DNA from: Alphaproteobacteria bacterium | GTDB taxonomy: Bacteria > Pseudomonadota > Alphaproteobacteria > Micropepsales > Micropepsaceae | Assembly (NCBI GenBank): GCA_045810735.1 | Contig: JBJMVL010000101.1 | Location: forward strand, 5,187 to 69,186 | DNA: 64,000 nucleotides | Direction of reading: 5' to 3' | Part shown: piece by piece, positions 49,720 through 60,769 of the stretch | Layout of the letters: every line of letters starts with the position of its first letter | Numbering within the stretch: the stretch's first letter is position 1 | Notes under the pieces: generated by a model | Database searches by the model: none | What the model was told of the DNA's origin: nothing | Seen by the model: only the letters and a program-made list of their open reading frames with translations | Translations under genes and position numbers: made by a program

Positions 49720-50597
49720 GCGACCCGATCTTTCATGGTGTGCGCCTCAGCAGCCCCGAGAAGGTGCTCTACCCGGAGCAGGGCATCACCAAGCGTGCGC
49801 TGGCCGAGTACTATGACACGGTGGCGCAGTGGATGCTGCCGCATGTGATGAACCGGCCGATCAGTCTGGTGCGCTGTCCCGCCGGACGCGCCAAGAAGTG
49901 TTTCTTCCAGCGCCATGCTGGTTCGGGTGTGCCGCCGCAGCTGAACGAAGTGCCGATCGAAGGCTTTGGCGAATCTCAGGCTTTCCTTTACATCAAGAAC
50001 GTCAACGGCCTGATGGCGCTCGTGCAGATGGGCGTGCTTGAGATGCATCCCTGGGGCTCCCGGATGGACAATCCCATGAAGCCGGACCGTATGATCTTCG
50101 ATCTCGATCCTGGCGCCGGGCTTCCATTCGCCGATGTGATCGCGGCGGCAAAGGAGCTGCGCACGCTCTTGAAAGAGTTGGGGCTCGTCTCCTTCCTGAA
50201 GACCACCGGCGGCAAGGGTCTTCACATCGTGGTGCCGATCGCGCGCCGCTATGCCTGGGCCGATGTGAAGAGCTTTGCCAAGCGTGTCGGTGAGTTGATG
50301 ACGGCGAAGTTCCCGGAGCGCTATCTCACCCGCATTTCGATTGCAGAACGGCGTGGCAAGATCTTCGTCGACTATCTGCGCAACGATCCCTCGTCCACGG
50401 CCGTCGGCCCTTACTCCACCCGTGCCCGCGAGGGCGCACCGGTCGCCACGCCTTTGGCGTGGGAGGAACTCACGCCAAAGCTCGATCCCAAAGCCTTCGA
50501 CCTCAAGTCGGTTCCGAAGCGTCTGGCCAAACTGAAATCCGATCCGTGGGCAGGCATTGCCAAGCTGGCGCAGAAGCTGCCAGCGTTGCCGGCCTAA
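49716..50597 (+). CDS. Stand-alone LigD-type primase-polymerase domain protein
   Basis: LVRCPAG..FFQRH, FDLDPG, KTTGGKGLH and FVDYLRN; ATGA overlap with ligC. Confidence 0.9.
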   Translation: MSDPIFHGVRLSSPEKVLYPEQGITKRALAEYYDTVAQWMLPHVMNRPISLVRCPAGRAKKCFFQRHAGSGVPPQLNEVPIEGFGESQAFLYIKNVNGLMALVQMGVLEMHPWGSRMDNPMKPDRMIFDLDPGAGLPFADVIAAAKELRTLLKELGLVSFLKTTGGKGLHIVVPIARRYAWADVKSFAKRVGELMTAKFPERYLTRISIAERRGKIFVDYLRNDPSSTAVGPYSTRAREGAPVATPLAWEELTPKLDPKAFDLKSVPKRLAKLKSDPWAGIAKLAQKLPALPA

Positions 50598-50608
50598 AGG
50601 AGCGGCGC

Positions 50609-51403
50609 ATGATCCGGGTTGGAATTGGTGGGTGGAATTATCCGCCATGGCGGGGGGCGTTCTACCCGAAGGGGCTGGCACAGGCGAAGGAGCTGGAGTT
50701 CGCCAGCCGCGCGCTCACTTCTATCGAGATCAACGCCACCTATCACCGGCTGCAGAAGCGCGACAGCTTCAAGAGATGGGCGGACACCGCGCCGGACGGC
50801 TTTCAGTTCGCGGTGAAAGCCTGGCAGTTTGCCACCGCGAAGAAGAATCTGGTGGAAGGCGCGCTGTTGATGGACAAATTCCTCAAAAGCGGCTTCACCG
50901 CGCTAGGCCCGAAGCTCGGTCCCATCCTCTGGCAGTTTGCGCCCACGCGGAAATTCGATGCAGAAAATTTCGAAGCCTTCCTGTCCTTGCTGCCGGCCGA
51001 ACTGGAAGGCGTGAAGTTACGGCACGCGCTGGAAGTACGCCACGAAAGTTTTGTCTCGCCGGAGTTCGTGACGCTGGCGCGCAAGCGCAACGCGGCCATC
51101 GCGCTCGCCGATTCCGCGAAGTACCCGCTGATCGCGGATGCCACCGCCGATTTCGTTTACATGCGCCTGCAGCGCACCGAAGACCGCGTCGCCACCGGCT
51201 ACACCTCCCGCGCGCTGAAGCAGTGGGCCGAACGCGCACAGAGTTACGAATCCGGCTCTACGCCGGCTGATCTGTCGTCACTCGGCAGATCCCCCAGCGC
51301 AAAGTCCAAGAAGAAGCGCGATGTGTTCGTTTACTTCATCTCCGGCGCTAAGGTCCGCGCCCCCGCCGCCGCGCAGGCGCTGATTGAGTTGCTGAAGGAG
51401 TAG
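50609..51403 (+). CDS. DUF72 (YecE-like) protein
   Basis: IGGWNYPPWRGAFYP, IEINATY, GPILWQF, EVRHESF and YMRL. Confidence 0.9.
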   Translation: MIRVGIGGWNYPPWRGAFYPKGLAQAKELEFASRALTSIEINATYHRLQKRDSFKRWADTAPDGFQFAVKAWQFATAKKNLVEGALLMDKFLKSGFTALGPKLGPILWQFAPTRKFDAENFEAFLSLLPAELEGVKLRHALEVRHESFVSPEFVTLARKRNAAIALADSAKYPLIADATADFVYMRLQRTEDRVATGYTSRALKQWAERAQSYESGSTPADLSSLGRSPSAKSKKKRDVFVYFISGAKVRAPAAAQALIELLKE

Positions 51404-52822
51404 CTAGCTCGCTCGCGAATAGTGTTCTGCAATCACGCGGGCGATCGCCATGGTCACCCGTTTGCCCGTGGGGATGTGCAGGAATTCGTTGGGGCCGTGC
51501 GCATTGGAATGCGGTCCCAGCACTCCGGTGATGACGAACTGCGTCTGCGGGAACTTCTCGCCCAGCATGCCCATGAAGGGGATGGTGCCGCCTTCGCCCA
51601 TGTAAGCCGGGGGCTTGCCGAAGGCTTCTTCCGACGCGTGCGCTACCGCGTTCTCCAGCCACGAGGCGAGCGGCGGTGCGTTCCATCCCGTTTGTCCGCC
51701 TTCGGCGTGGAATTCCACCTCTGCGTTGTAAGGCGGATCGGCTTCCAGCGTGCGCTTCATCCCCTGCACCGCGGTTTCGCCGCCGAGCGTCGGCGGGATG
51801 CGCATGCTGAGCTTGGCGGTGGAAAACGGCAGCAGCACATTGCCTGCGTTATCCGGCGAAGGGTATCCGTCCATCCCCACCCCCGCGAGCTGCGGCCGCC
51901 AGGTGCGGTTCAAGGTGAGCTCGCCGATGTCGTCCGACATCGGGCGAATGGAACCGGCGAAGGGAAATTTGTCGTACACCGCGGTGCCCAGAATGCGCGC
52001 AGCTTCTTTCGCCTGCTCGATGCGCTGCGGCGGAATTTGCACGTAGAGTTCGGGCAGTTTGATTTCGCCGGTGTTCTCGTCCTCGATGCGTGACAACAGC
52101 GTGCGCAAAATACGGAAGGAGGACGGCACGATGCCTGACGCATCGCCGGAGTGCACGCCCTCCGTCAGCACCTTCACCGTCAGCGAGCCTGCCGCAATGC
52201 CGCGCAAGCTGGTAGTCAGCCACAGCCGCTCGTAATCGCCGCAACCGGAATCGAGGCACACCACCAGCGACGGTTGGCCGATCCGCTCCAGCAGGTAATC
52301 GACATAGAACGGCAGGTCGTAGCTGCCGGATTCCTCGCACGCCTCGATCATCACCACGCAGCGGGCGCGCGGCACATTCTGTTCACGCAGCGCCTTCAGC
52401 GCGGCAAGCGAGGCATAGATCGCGTAACCATCGTCCGCCGACCCGCGGCCATAGAGCTTGTCGTCCTTTCGCACCGGCTTCCACGGTCCAAGATCATCCG
52501 CCCAGCCCTTCATCTCCGGCTGCTTGTCGAGATGGCCGTACAGCAGCACGGTGTCGTTCTTGTCGCCCGGCAGATCCATGAAGATCAGCGGCGTGCGGCC
52601 GGGCAGCCGCACCACGTCCAGCGTGGCGCCGGGGAAAGATGAAAGCTGGTCGCGCGCCCAGGCTTCCATCAGCTTCACCGCGTCATCCATGTAGCCGTGC
52701 TCCACCCATTGCGGATCGTAAGCGGGCGACTTGTTGGGGATGCGGATGTAGTCGGTGATGGAGGGAAGGATGGAATCCTCCCAGAAGGTTTCGGCAAATT
52801 GCTTCAGCTTCGCGGTATCCAT
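51404..52822 (-). CDS. M20-family metallopeptidase
   Basis: YGHLDKQP, GRGSADD, CEESGS and HGPNE. Confidence 0.92.
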   Translation of the reverse strand: MDTAKLKQFAETFWEDSILPSITDYIRIPNKSPAYDPQWVEHGYMDDAVKLMEAWARDQLSSFPGATLDVVRLPGRTPLIFMDLPGDKNDTVLLYGHLDKQPEMKGWADDLGPWKPVRKDDKLYGRGSADDGYAIYASLAALKALREQNVPRARCVVMIEACEESGSYDLPFYVDYLLERIGQPSLVVCLDSGCGDYERLWLTTSLRGIAAGSLTVKVLTEGVHSGDASGIVPSSFRILRTLLSRIEDENTGEIKLPELYVQIPPQRIEQAKEAARILGTAVYDKFPFAGSIRPMSDDIGELTLNRTWRPQLAGVGMDGYPSPDNAGNVLLPFSTAKLSMRIPPTLGGETAVQGMKRTLEADPPYNAEVEFHAEGGQTGWNAPPLASWLENAVAHASEEAFGKPPAYMGEGGTIPFMGMLGEKFPQTQFVITGVLGPHSNAHGPNEFLHIPTGKRVTMAIARVIAEHYSRAS

Positions 52823-52880
52823 CGGCGCCGTTTTCCTTTAGGTGCGTTCTCTCTTCGCATCCTAGCAGGATCGGCACGAG

Positions 52881-53738
52881 ATGAAACTTGCGAGCTTCGA
52901 GAGTGGCGGCCGCGAAAGCATCGGCATTGTGGTGGGCGATGCGCTGATCGATTTCGCGCGTGCCGCGCCCGACCTGCCGTCCGATATGCGCGACCTCATT
53001 CGCATGTGGCCGCAAGTGGAGCAAACCGTGCGCGCGCTCCCCTCTCAGGCGCAGGCCGATGTGCCACTCGCGAATGTGCGGCTGCTCGCGCCGGTGCCGC
53101 GGCCGCAGAAGATTCTCGCCATCGGCCTCAATTACGACGATCACGTTGCGGAAAGCGGCCGCGACAGGCCGCAAACGCAAACGTGGTTCTCCAAAATGCC
53201 GAGCGCGGTGAACGGTCCTTACGATCCCATGCAGCTGCCGCGCGCCTCATCGCAGCTCGATTACGAAGCGGAGCTGGTGTTCGTCGTCGGCAAGCGCTGC
53301 CGCCATGTGCGGAAGGAAGACGCCGCATCCGTGGTGTTCGGCTATTGCGCCGGCAACGACGTCTCGGTGCGCGACTGGCAGTTCGCCACCACGCAGTTCG
53401 TGCTCGGCAAATCCTTCGACACGCACGCGCCGTTCGGACCATGGATCGTTACGCCTGACGAAGTGGGCGATCCGCATGCGCTCGGCATTCGCTGCTTCGT
53501 CAACGGCGAGAAGCGGCAGGAGTCGAACACGCGCCACCTCATCTTCAACGTGTTCGACCAGATCGCCTGGCTGTCGCAGGCGCTGACCTTGGAGCCGGGC
53601 GATGTCATCTACACAGGCACCCCGGCGGGCGTGGGCTTTGCCATGAAGCCCCCGAAGTTTCTGCAGGCCGGCGATGTGGTGCGCGTCGAAATCGACCGCA
53701 TCGGCGCTTTGGAGAACCGCGTTGAACCGGAGACTTAA
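52881..53738 (+). CDS. Fumarylacetoacetate hydrolase family protein
   Basis: IGLNY, DYEAEL, NDVSVRD, GKSFDT and GDVIYTGTPAGVG. Confidence 0.93.
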   Translation: MKLASFESGGRESIGIVVGDALIDFARAAPDLPSDMRDLIRMWPQVEQTVRALPSQAQADVPLANVRLLAPVPRPQKILAIGLNYDDHVAESGRDRPQTQTWFSKMPSAVNGPYDPMQLPRASSQLDYEAELVFVVGKRCRHVRKEDAASVVFGYCAGNDVSVRDWQFATTQFVLGKSFDTHAPFGPWIVTPDEVGDPHALGIRCFVNGEKRQESNTRHLIFNVFDQIAWLSQALTLEPGDVIYTGTPAGVGFAMKPPKFLQAGDVVRVEIDRIGALENRVEPET

Positions 53739-53849
53739 CGTAACTCATTGATATGGCGGCGCAACCAAGGGGCGGGGCTTGCGTTCACGGTGCGGAACCT
53801 TGGAACTTTCGACTTCGTGCGCGCGCATTCCGTCGAACACGTCTCAAAT

Positions 53850-54959
53850 GTGGAGAGCCTCGCGCAGGAGCTGGTCAGTGGGCTGGAAGCGGCACAGCCG
53901 AAAGTCGCCTACAAGGCGCCGCGCGGCAGCCGGTTCTCGGCGGATGTAAAGGCGCTCGCGAAGCGCTTTCGGCTGCATCTCATCACGCCGGCGCAGCTGA
54001 AAATCACGCGCAGACGCGCCGGCGAAGGCTTCGCGTTCTACTCGGCAAACGGCAAGCATATCAAAGATAAGAAGATCCTCTACCGGTTGAACGCGCTGGC
54101 GGTGCCGCCGGCCTATGAGGACGTGCATTACGCGGCGGACCCCCGCGCGCACATTCAGGCCATCGGGCGCGATGCGGCGGGGCGGCTGCAGTACCGCTAC
54201 CATCCGGATTGGGAGAGGGTGCGCGAGGCGCGTAAGTCGGCGCACCTGCATGATCTGATCGAGGTGCTGCCGAAAATTCGACGCTCTATCGCGCAGCATC
54301 TCGCAGGCGACGAGCCGAAGAAGGAATTCGCGTTGGCGGCGGTGATCGCGATGGTGGCGTCCGCCTCCATCCGTGCCGGCAGCGAGGAGTATGCGAAGGA
54401 GCACGGCACGCGCGGCGCCGCCACCTTGCTCAAATCAAACGTGAAGACGGAGAACGGCCGCATCATGCTGCGCTTCAAGGCGAAGGGCAGCAAGCTGGTG
54501 GAGAAGGACTGCGAGGATGCGCGGCTCGCCGCTTCCATCGAAACCTTGCGCGCGCTGCCGGGCAAGCGGTTGTTCCAGTATCGCGACGTCGCGGGCGCGG
54601 TGCACGCGGTGCGCGCCCGCGACGTGAACGTGTTCCTGCGCGAGATCGCGGGCTGCGCCATCTCGCTGAAGGATTTCCGCACGCTATGCGCCTCGGCCAC
54701 CGTGCTGGAGACTTTGGCCCGCGCCGTGCCCGCAGGTGCGCCGCGCAGCCGCCGCAAGCAGGTGCTGGAGGCGGTGCGCTCGGCCGCCGAAGAGCTCAAG
54801 AACACACCCACCATCTGCCGCAAGAGCTATGTGCACGACGCGGTGGTGACCGCCTTCGAAGCCGGCGTGCTGGAGCGCTTCGCCAATACGATCAAATCCT
54901 GCCGATCCCCTGCACGTAAAGAGCAGTTTCTGGCGCAAGTGCTCGCCACGGCTACTTGA
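53850..54959 (+). CDS. Bacterial DNA topoisomerase IB
   Basis: VPPAY, GRDAAGRLQYRYH, IRAG, FKAKG, KDFRT and NTPTICRKSY (catalytic Tyr); GTG start inferred. Confidence 0.9.
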   Translation: MESLAQELVSGLEAAQPKVAYKAPRGSRFSADVKALAKRFRLHLITPAQLKITRRRAGEGFAFYSANGKHIKDKKILYRLNALAVPPAYEDVHYAADPRAHIQAIGRDAAGRLQYRYHPDWERVREARKSAHLHDLIEVLPKIRRSIAQHLAGDEPKKEFALAAVIAMVASASIRAGSEEYAKEHGTRGAATLLKSNVKTENGRIMLRFKAKGSKLVEKDCEDARLAASIETLRALPGKRLFQYRDVAGAVHAVRARDVNVFLREIAGCAISLKDFRTLCASATVLETLARAVPAGAPRSRRKQVLEAVRSAAEELKNTPTICRKSYVHDAVVTAFEAGVLERFANTIKSCRSPARKEQFLAQVLATAT

Positions 54960-55039
54960 TTCAAGCCTCCCTTTCCTCAGCTTGACGCCGTTCCCGTCAG
55001 GGGGATAGTGCCCGCTATCCCGGCCGCTGCCCAAGGTGA

Positions 55040-56293
<1,254 letters not shown>

Positions 56294-56295
56294 TC

Positions 56296-57309
56296 GTGGC
56301 GACGATGAACATGATTCAGGCGCTGAACTCCGCCCTCGACGTGATGCTCTCGCGGGATGAGAACGTGCTGACGTTCGGCGAAGACGCCGGCTATTTCGGG
56401 GGTGTATTCCGCGTCACCGATGGGCTACAGAAGAAATACGGCGCCTCGCGCTGCTTCGATTCGCCGATCAGCGAAGGCGGCATCATGGCCACCGCCGTTG
56501 GCATGGGTGCGTATGGTCTGCGGCCGGTGGTGGAAATCCAGTTCGCTGACTACATCTATCCCGGCTACGACCAGATCGTTTCGGAAGCGGCGAAGATTCG
56601 TTACCGCTCCGCCGGCGAATTCACCGCGCCCATCACGGTGCGCACGCCCTACGGCGGCGGCATCTTCGGCGGCCAGACACACAGCCAAAGCCCGGAATCG
56701 TTGTTCACGCACATCGCGGGGCTGAAGACGGTGATCCCGTCCACGCCTTACGACGCCAAAGGCCTGTTGATTTCTGCCATCGAGGACGACGATCCGGTGA
56801 TCTTCTTCGAGCCCAAGCGTATCTACAACGGCCCGTTCAACGGCCATCACGATCAGCCGGTGCAGCCGTGGTCGAAATTCGCGGCAGCCGACGTGCCCGA
56901 GGGTCACTACAGCGTGCCGCTCGGCAAGGCGGCAGTGGTGCGCCAAGGCAGCGACGTCACCGTCCTCGCTTACGGCACCATGGTGCACGTGTCGAAGGCC
57001 GCGGCGGAAGAAAGCAGCATCGATGCGGAGGTGATCGACCTGCGCACCTTGGTGCCGCTCGACACCGACACCATCTTGGCGTCGGTCGAGAAGACGGGCC
57101 GCTGTGTGATCGTGCATGAAGCGCCGCGCACCAGCGGCTTCGGCGCCGAGCTCGCCGCGCTGGTGCAGGAGTATTGCTTCTTTCATCTGGAAGCGCCGAT
57201 CGAGCGCGTGACCGGCTGGGACACGCCCTATCCGCACGCCTTCGAGTGGCACTATTTCCCGGGGCCGGCGCGCGTGATCGAAGGACTGCGCAAGGCAATG
57301 GAGCGTTAG
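56296..57309 (+). CDS. bkdA2: Branched-chain 2-oxoacid dehydrogenase E1 beta
   Basis: GGVFRVT, EIQFADY, HSQSPE and FEPKRIY. Confidence 0.93.
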   Translation: MATMNMIQALNSALDVMLSRDENVLTFGEDAGYFGGVFRVTDGLQKKYGASRCFDSPISEGGIMATAVGMGAYGLRPVVEIQFADYIYPGYDQIVSEAAKIRYRSAGEFTAPITVRTPYGGGIFGGQTHSQSPESLFTHIAGLKTVIPSTPYDAKGLLISAIEDDDPVIFFEPKRIYNGPFNGHHDQPVQPWSKFAAADVPEGHYSVPLGKAAVVRQGSDVTVLAYGTMVHVSKAAAEESSIDAEVIDLRTLVPLDTDTILASVEKTGRCVIVHEAPRTSGFGAELAALVQEYCFFHLEAPIERVTGWDTPYPHAFEWHYFPGPARVIEGLRKAMER

Positions 57310-58608
57310 ATGGGGCGCTATGTGTTCAAGCTGCCGGATGTCGGCGAAGGCACCGCGGAAGCGGAGATCGTCGCCTGGCATGTGAAGGTCGGCGACGCCA
57401 TCGGCGAAGATCAGAACCTCGTCGATGTGATGACGGACAAGGCGACAGTGGAAATGACGTCGCCGGTCACCGGCAAGGTTGTGTCGATCTACGGCGAGCC
57501 GGGAGAGATGGCGGCGGTGGGTTCGCCGCTGGTGGAGCTCGAAGTCGAAGGCGAAGGCAACGTGAAGCCCGGCGCTGCCCCTGCTGTAAGAGCAGACGCG
57601 ACAAAGCCTACTGCAAAACCGGAAGCAAAAGCTGAAGCGCCAACAAAGGCCGCCGAAGTCGTGCCTTTGCATCGCGCGCCCGAGCCCCAAAGAGAAATGC
57701 GCGCGGTCACGCCGGCAATGCGCAGACCGGGTGACAAGCCGATGGCCTCGCCGGCGGTACGCGAGCGGGCGCACGAACTCGGTATCGAATTGCAATATGT
57801 CGCGGGATCGGGGCCGGCGGGACGCATCACGCATCAGGATCTCGATCACTACACCGCATCAGGCGGGCGAGGCGCAGTGACTACGCGCGCGAGCGGTTAC
57901 GCGCTGCGCGACGGCATCGAAGGTATCAAGGTGATCGGCCTGCGCCGCAAAATCGCGGAGAAGATGCAGGACGCCAAGCGCCGCATTCCCCACTTCGCAT
58001 ATGTCGAAGAGATCGACATGACGGAGCTGGAGTCCCTGCGTGCGCATCTGAACAAAACGAAGCGGCCCGACCAGCCGAAGCTCAACGTGCTGCCGTTCCT
58101 CATGCGCGCATTGGTGCGCGTGCTGCCGGACTATCCGCAGATCAATGCGCGTTTCGATGACGATGCCGGCGTGGTGCACCGCTACGCCGCCGTGCATATC
58201 GGCATTGCCACGCAGACCGCGAACGGCCTCATAGTGCCGGTGGTGAAGCACGCGGAAGCGCGCGACGTGTGGAATAGCGCGCTGGAAGTGGCCCGTGTGG
58301 CGTCGCTGGCGCGCGCCAACAAGGCGTCTAAGGACGACCTCACCGGCTCGACCATCACCATCACCAGCCTGGGCACCCTGGGCGGTGTGGTGACGACGCC
58401 GGTGATCAACCATCCGGAAGTGGCGATCATTGGGCCGAACGCCATCATCGAACGTCCGGTGGTGCGCAACGGCCAGGTGGTCGTGCGCAAGATGATGAAC
58501 CTGTCGTCCTCGTTCGATCACCGCGTGGTGGATGGCTACGACGCCGCCGAGTTCATCCAGCGCATCAAGGCGCTGCTCGAACATCCCGCCACCTTGTTCA
58601 TGGACTGA
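57310..58608 (+). CDS. bkdB: Dihydrolipoamide acyltransferase E2
   Basis: Lipoyl MTDKA; GSGPAGRI; FDHRVVDG. Confidence 0.93.
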   Translation: MGRYVFKLPDVGEGTAEAEIVAWHVKVGDAIGEDQNLVDVMTDKATVEMTSPVTGKVVSIYGEPGEMAAVGSPLVELEVEGEGNVKPGAAPAVRADATKPTAKPEAKAEAPTKAAEVVPLHRAPEPQREMRAVTPAMRRPGDKPMASPAVRERAHELGIELQYVAGSGPAGRITHQDLDHYTASGGRGAVTTRASGYALRDGIEGIKVIGLRRKIAEKMQDAKRRIPHFAYVEEIDMTELESLRAHLNKTKRPDQPKLNVLPFLMRALVRVLPDYPQINARFDDDAGVVHRYAAVHIGIATQTANGLIVPVVKHAEARDVWNSALEVARVASLARANKASKDDLTGSTITITSLGTLGGVVTTPVINHPEVAIIGPNAIIERPVVRNGQVVVRKMMNLSSSFDHRVVDGYDAAEFIQRIKALLEHPATLFMD

Positions 58609-58611
58609 CAC

Positions 58612-60000
58612 ATGGCCGAACCGATTCACACCGGGGTCCTCATCGTTGGCGGTGGACCGGGCGGGTATGTGGCGGCAATCCGCGCGGGGCAGCTGGGGCT
58701 CGACACCACGCTGATCGAAACCGACAAGCTCGGCGGCACCTGTCTCATTCGCGGCTGCATTCCCTCCAAGGCGATCATCCATTCCGCCGGACATTTCGAA
58801 ACAATGGCCCGTGCGGCATCCGACAAGGGATTGCACGGCATCAGGCTGGCGAGCCCGCCTGCGCTCGACATGCCCGAGCTGTACAAATGGAAGGAAGGCG
58901 TCGTCCGGAGACTTAACACCGGCGTCGGCGCGCTGCTGAAACGCGCGAAGGTGCGCGTCATCGAAGGCTGGGGCACCTTCTCCGATGCCAAGACCTGCAC
59001 GGTGAAGACAAAGGACGGCGAGCAGGTTGTCACGGCTGACCATGTCGTTCTCGCCAACGGCTCCAAGCCCGTCGAGCTGCCGTTCCTGCCGTTCGGCGGT
59101 GACGTAATCTCCTCCACCGAGGCGCTCGACCTGCAGGCGCTGCCGAAGAAGCTGGCGGTCGTTGGCGCCGGCTACATCGGCCTTGAGCTTGGCATCGCGT
59201 TCCGCAAACTCGGTAGCGAGGTCACGGTTGTGGAAGCGCTGGATCGTATCCTGCCGCTGTACGATGCCGAGCTTGTGGCGCCGGTGGCGAAATGGCTGAA
59301 GGCGAACGGCGTCACCGTGCATCTCAGCGCCAAGGCGAAAGGCAAAGACGCTAACGGCCTCATCGTCGAAACAGCGGACGGCAGAACCGAAACGCTGCCC
59401 GCCGACAAGATCCTCGTCACCGTGGGCCGCAAGCCGAACACCGAAGGCTGGGGCCTAGAGAACATGGCCGTCGATATGGATGGCCGTTTCGTCAAGGTCG
59501 ACAAGGAGTGCCACACTTCGATGAAGGATGTCTGGGCGGTGGGCGATCTCGTCGGCGAGCCGATGCTCGAACACAAAGCAGCGCACCAGGGCGATATGGT
59601 CGCGGAGATCATCGCCGGCCATAAACGGGAGTTCAGCCGCGACATCATTCCCGCCGTGTGCTTCACGGAGCCGGAAATCGTCAGCGCCGGATTGCTTCCA
59701 TCGGAAGCGGGGGCCAATACCATCGTTGCGCTGTTCCCGTTCGCCGCGAACGGCCGCGCCCTCAGCATGGATGCCGGCGAAGGCTTCGTCCGCGTGGTGG
59801 CGCGGAAAGACGATCACCGCATCCTCGGCATCCAGGCGGTGGGCGCACATGTCGCCGAGCTATCCGGCGAATTCTCTCTCGCGCTGGAGATGGGCGCCGT
59901 GCTGGAGGACATCGCCGGCACCATCCATGTGCATCCGACGTTGAGCGAGGCCTGCCATGAGGCGTCGCTCCGCGCGCTGGGGGATGCAATTCACATTTGA
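58612..60000 (+). CDS. lpdA: Dihydrolipoyl dehydrogenase E3
   Basis: GGGPGGY, GGTCLIRGCIPSK and HPTLSE. Confidence 0.95.
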   Translation: MAEPIHTGVLIVGGGPGGYVAAIRAGQLGLDTTLIETDKLGGTCLIRGCIPSKAIIHSAGHFETMARAASDKGLHGIRLASPPALDMPELYKWKEGVVRRLNTGVGALLKRAKVRVIEGWGTFSDAKTCTVKTKDGEQVVTADHVVLANGSKPVELPFLPFGGDVISSTEALDLQALPKKLAVVGAGYIGLELGIAFRKLGSEVTVVEALDRILPLYDAELVAPVAKWLKANGVTVHLSAKAKGKDANGLIVETADGRTETLPADKILVTVGRKPNTEGWGLENMAVDMDGRFVKVDKECHTSMKDVWAVGDLVGEPMLEHKAAHQGDMVAEIIAGHKREFSRDIIPAVCFTEPEIVSAGLLPSEAGANTIVALFPFAANGRALSMDAGEGFVRVVARKDDHRILGIQAVGAHVAELSGEFSLALEMGAVLEDIAGTIHVHPTLSEACHEASLRALGDAIHI

Positions 60001-60047
60001 TTGCTTTTCAGCGTTTTCAATCGGATGTCTCCAGCCGACTACCTTCG

Positions 60048-60073
60048 GGAACATTAACATGGGATAAGACGTT
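60048..60073 (+). promoter_or_regulatory. EcfG (sigmaT/RpoE2)-type promoter
   Basis: Exact GGAAC-N17-CGTT, 40 bp before the ATG at 60113. Confidence 0.7.
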
Positions 60074-60112
60074 ATGCCGGGGCGAAGGCGGCTTCAAGAA
60101 CTGGAGCAAAGC

Positions 60113-60436
60113 ATGAAATACCTCTTGATTGCAGGCTCGGCTGCGGCGTTTCTCGCGAGCGGCTATGCCATGGCGCAGGACGCAATGCTGACGATTGAAC
60201 CCGCGCACCGGACCATTATCAAACAATACGTCGTCAAGCAGCACGTACGGCCGGTCATGGTAAAAGAGACCGTTGCGGTGGGCGCCGTTCTACCCGGGGA
60301 CGTGGCTTTACAGCCCGTTCCGGAGGAATGGGTCACCACGGCCCCGGAAGTGAAGAACTACGAGTATTTCGACTGGAACGGCAAGGTGGTGTTCGTCGAG
60401 CCGAAAACTCGCAAAGTCGTCACCATCGTCGACTAA
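60113..60436 (+). CDS. DUF1236-like exported protein
   Basis: Signal peptide; VGAVLPGDVALQPVP..YEY..VFVEPKTRKVVTIVD. Confidence 0.8.
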   Translation: MKYLLIAGSAAAFLASGYAMAQDAMLTIEPAHRTIIKQYVVKQHVRPVMVKETVAVGAVLPGDVALQPVPEEWVTTAPEVKNYEYFDWNGKVVFVEPKTRKVVTIVD

Positions 60437-60453
60437 GTTTTTGCACGCGTCTC

Positions 60454-60488
60454 AAACGGCCCGGTCTCGAACCGGGCCGTTTCTTTTT
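60454..60488 (+). terminator. Rho-independent terminator
   Basis: AAACGGCCCGGT-CTCGA-ACCGGGCCGTTT followed by CTTTTT. Confidence 0.8.
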
Positions 60489-60492
60489 GGCG

Positions 60493-60708
60493 TCAGGGCC
60501 GCTCGATGATGTTTACATTGACCATTCCGCCACCCTCGCACATCGCTTGCATCCCATAGAGGCGACCACATTTCTTCAATGCGTGAACCAGCCTGGGCCA
60601 TCAGCCTCGTGCCAGACGCGTCGATCGGGTGTCCCAGCGCTATAGCACCGCCGTTGATGTTGAGCTTTGCGCCTGTTTCCGCAACCAGGCGATCGGCACC
60701 GGCGCGAA
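60493..60708 (-). pseudogene. Frameshifted C-terminal relic of an acetyl-CoA acyltransferase (thiolase)
   Basis: Three segments in shifting frames: FAPVPIAWL / ETGAKLNINGGAIALGHPIDASGTRLM / LVHALKKCGRLYGMQAMCEGGGMVNVNIIERP*. Confidence 0.85.
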
Positions 60709-60769
60709 GCGCGCCATGCGCAAATCCGCCTCGCACCAAAATGCAGGATAGATCTCGCGCGGGCTTCGG

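Noticed and set aside
56425-59322. Long minus-strand ORFs (474 and 487 aa)
   Set aside because: Antisense to well-supported bkd genes; no recognisable domains
60452-60739. 95-aa ORF as an intact gene
   Set aside because: Only its middle matches thiolase; the flanking matches are in other frames, so it is called a pseudogene
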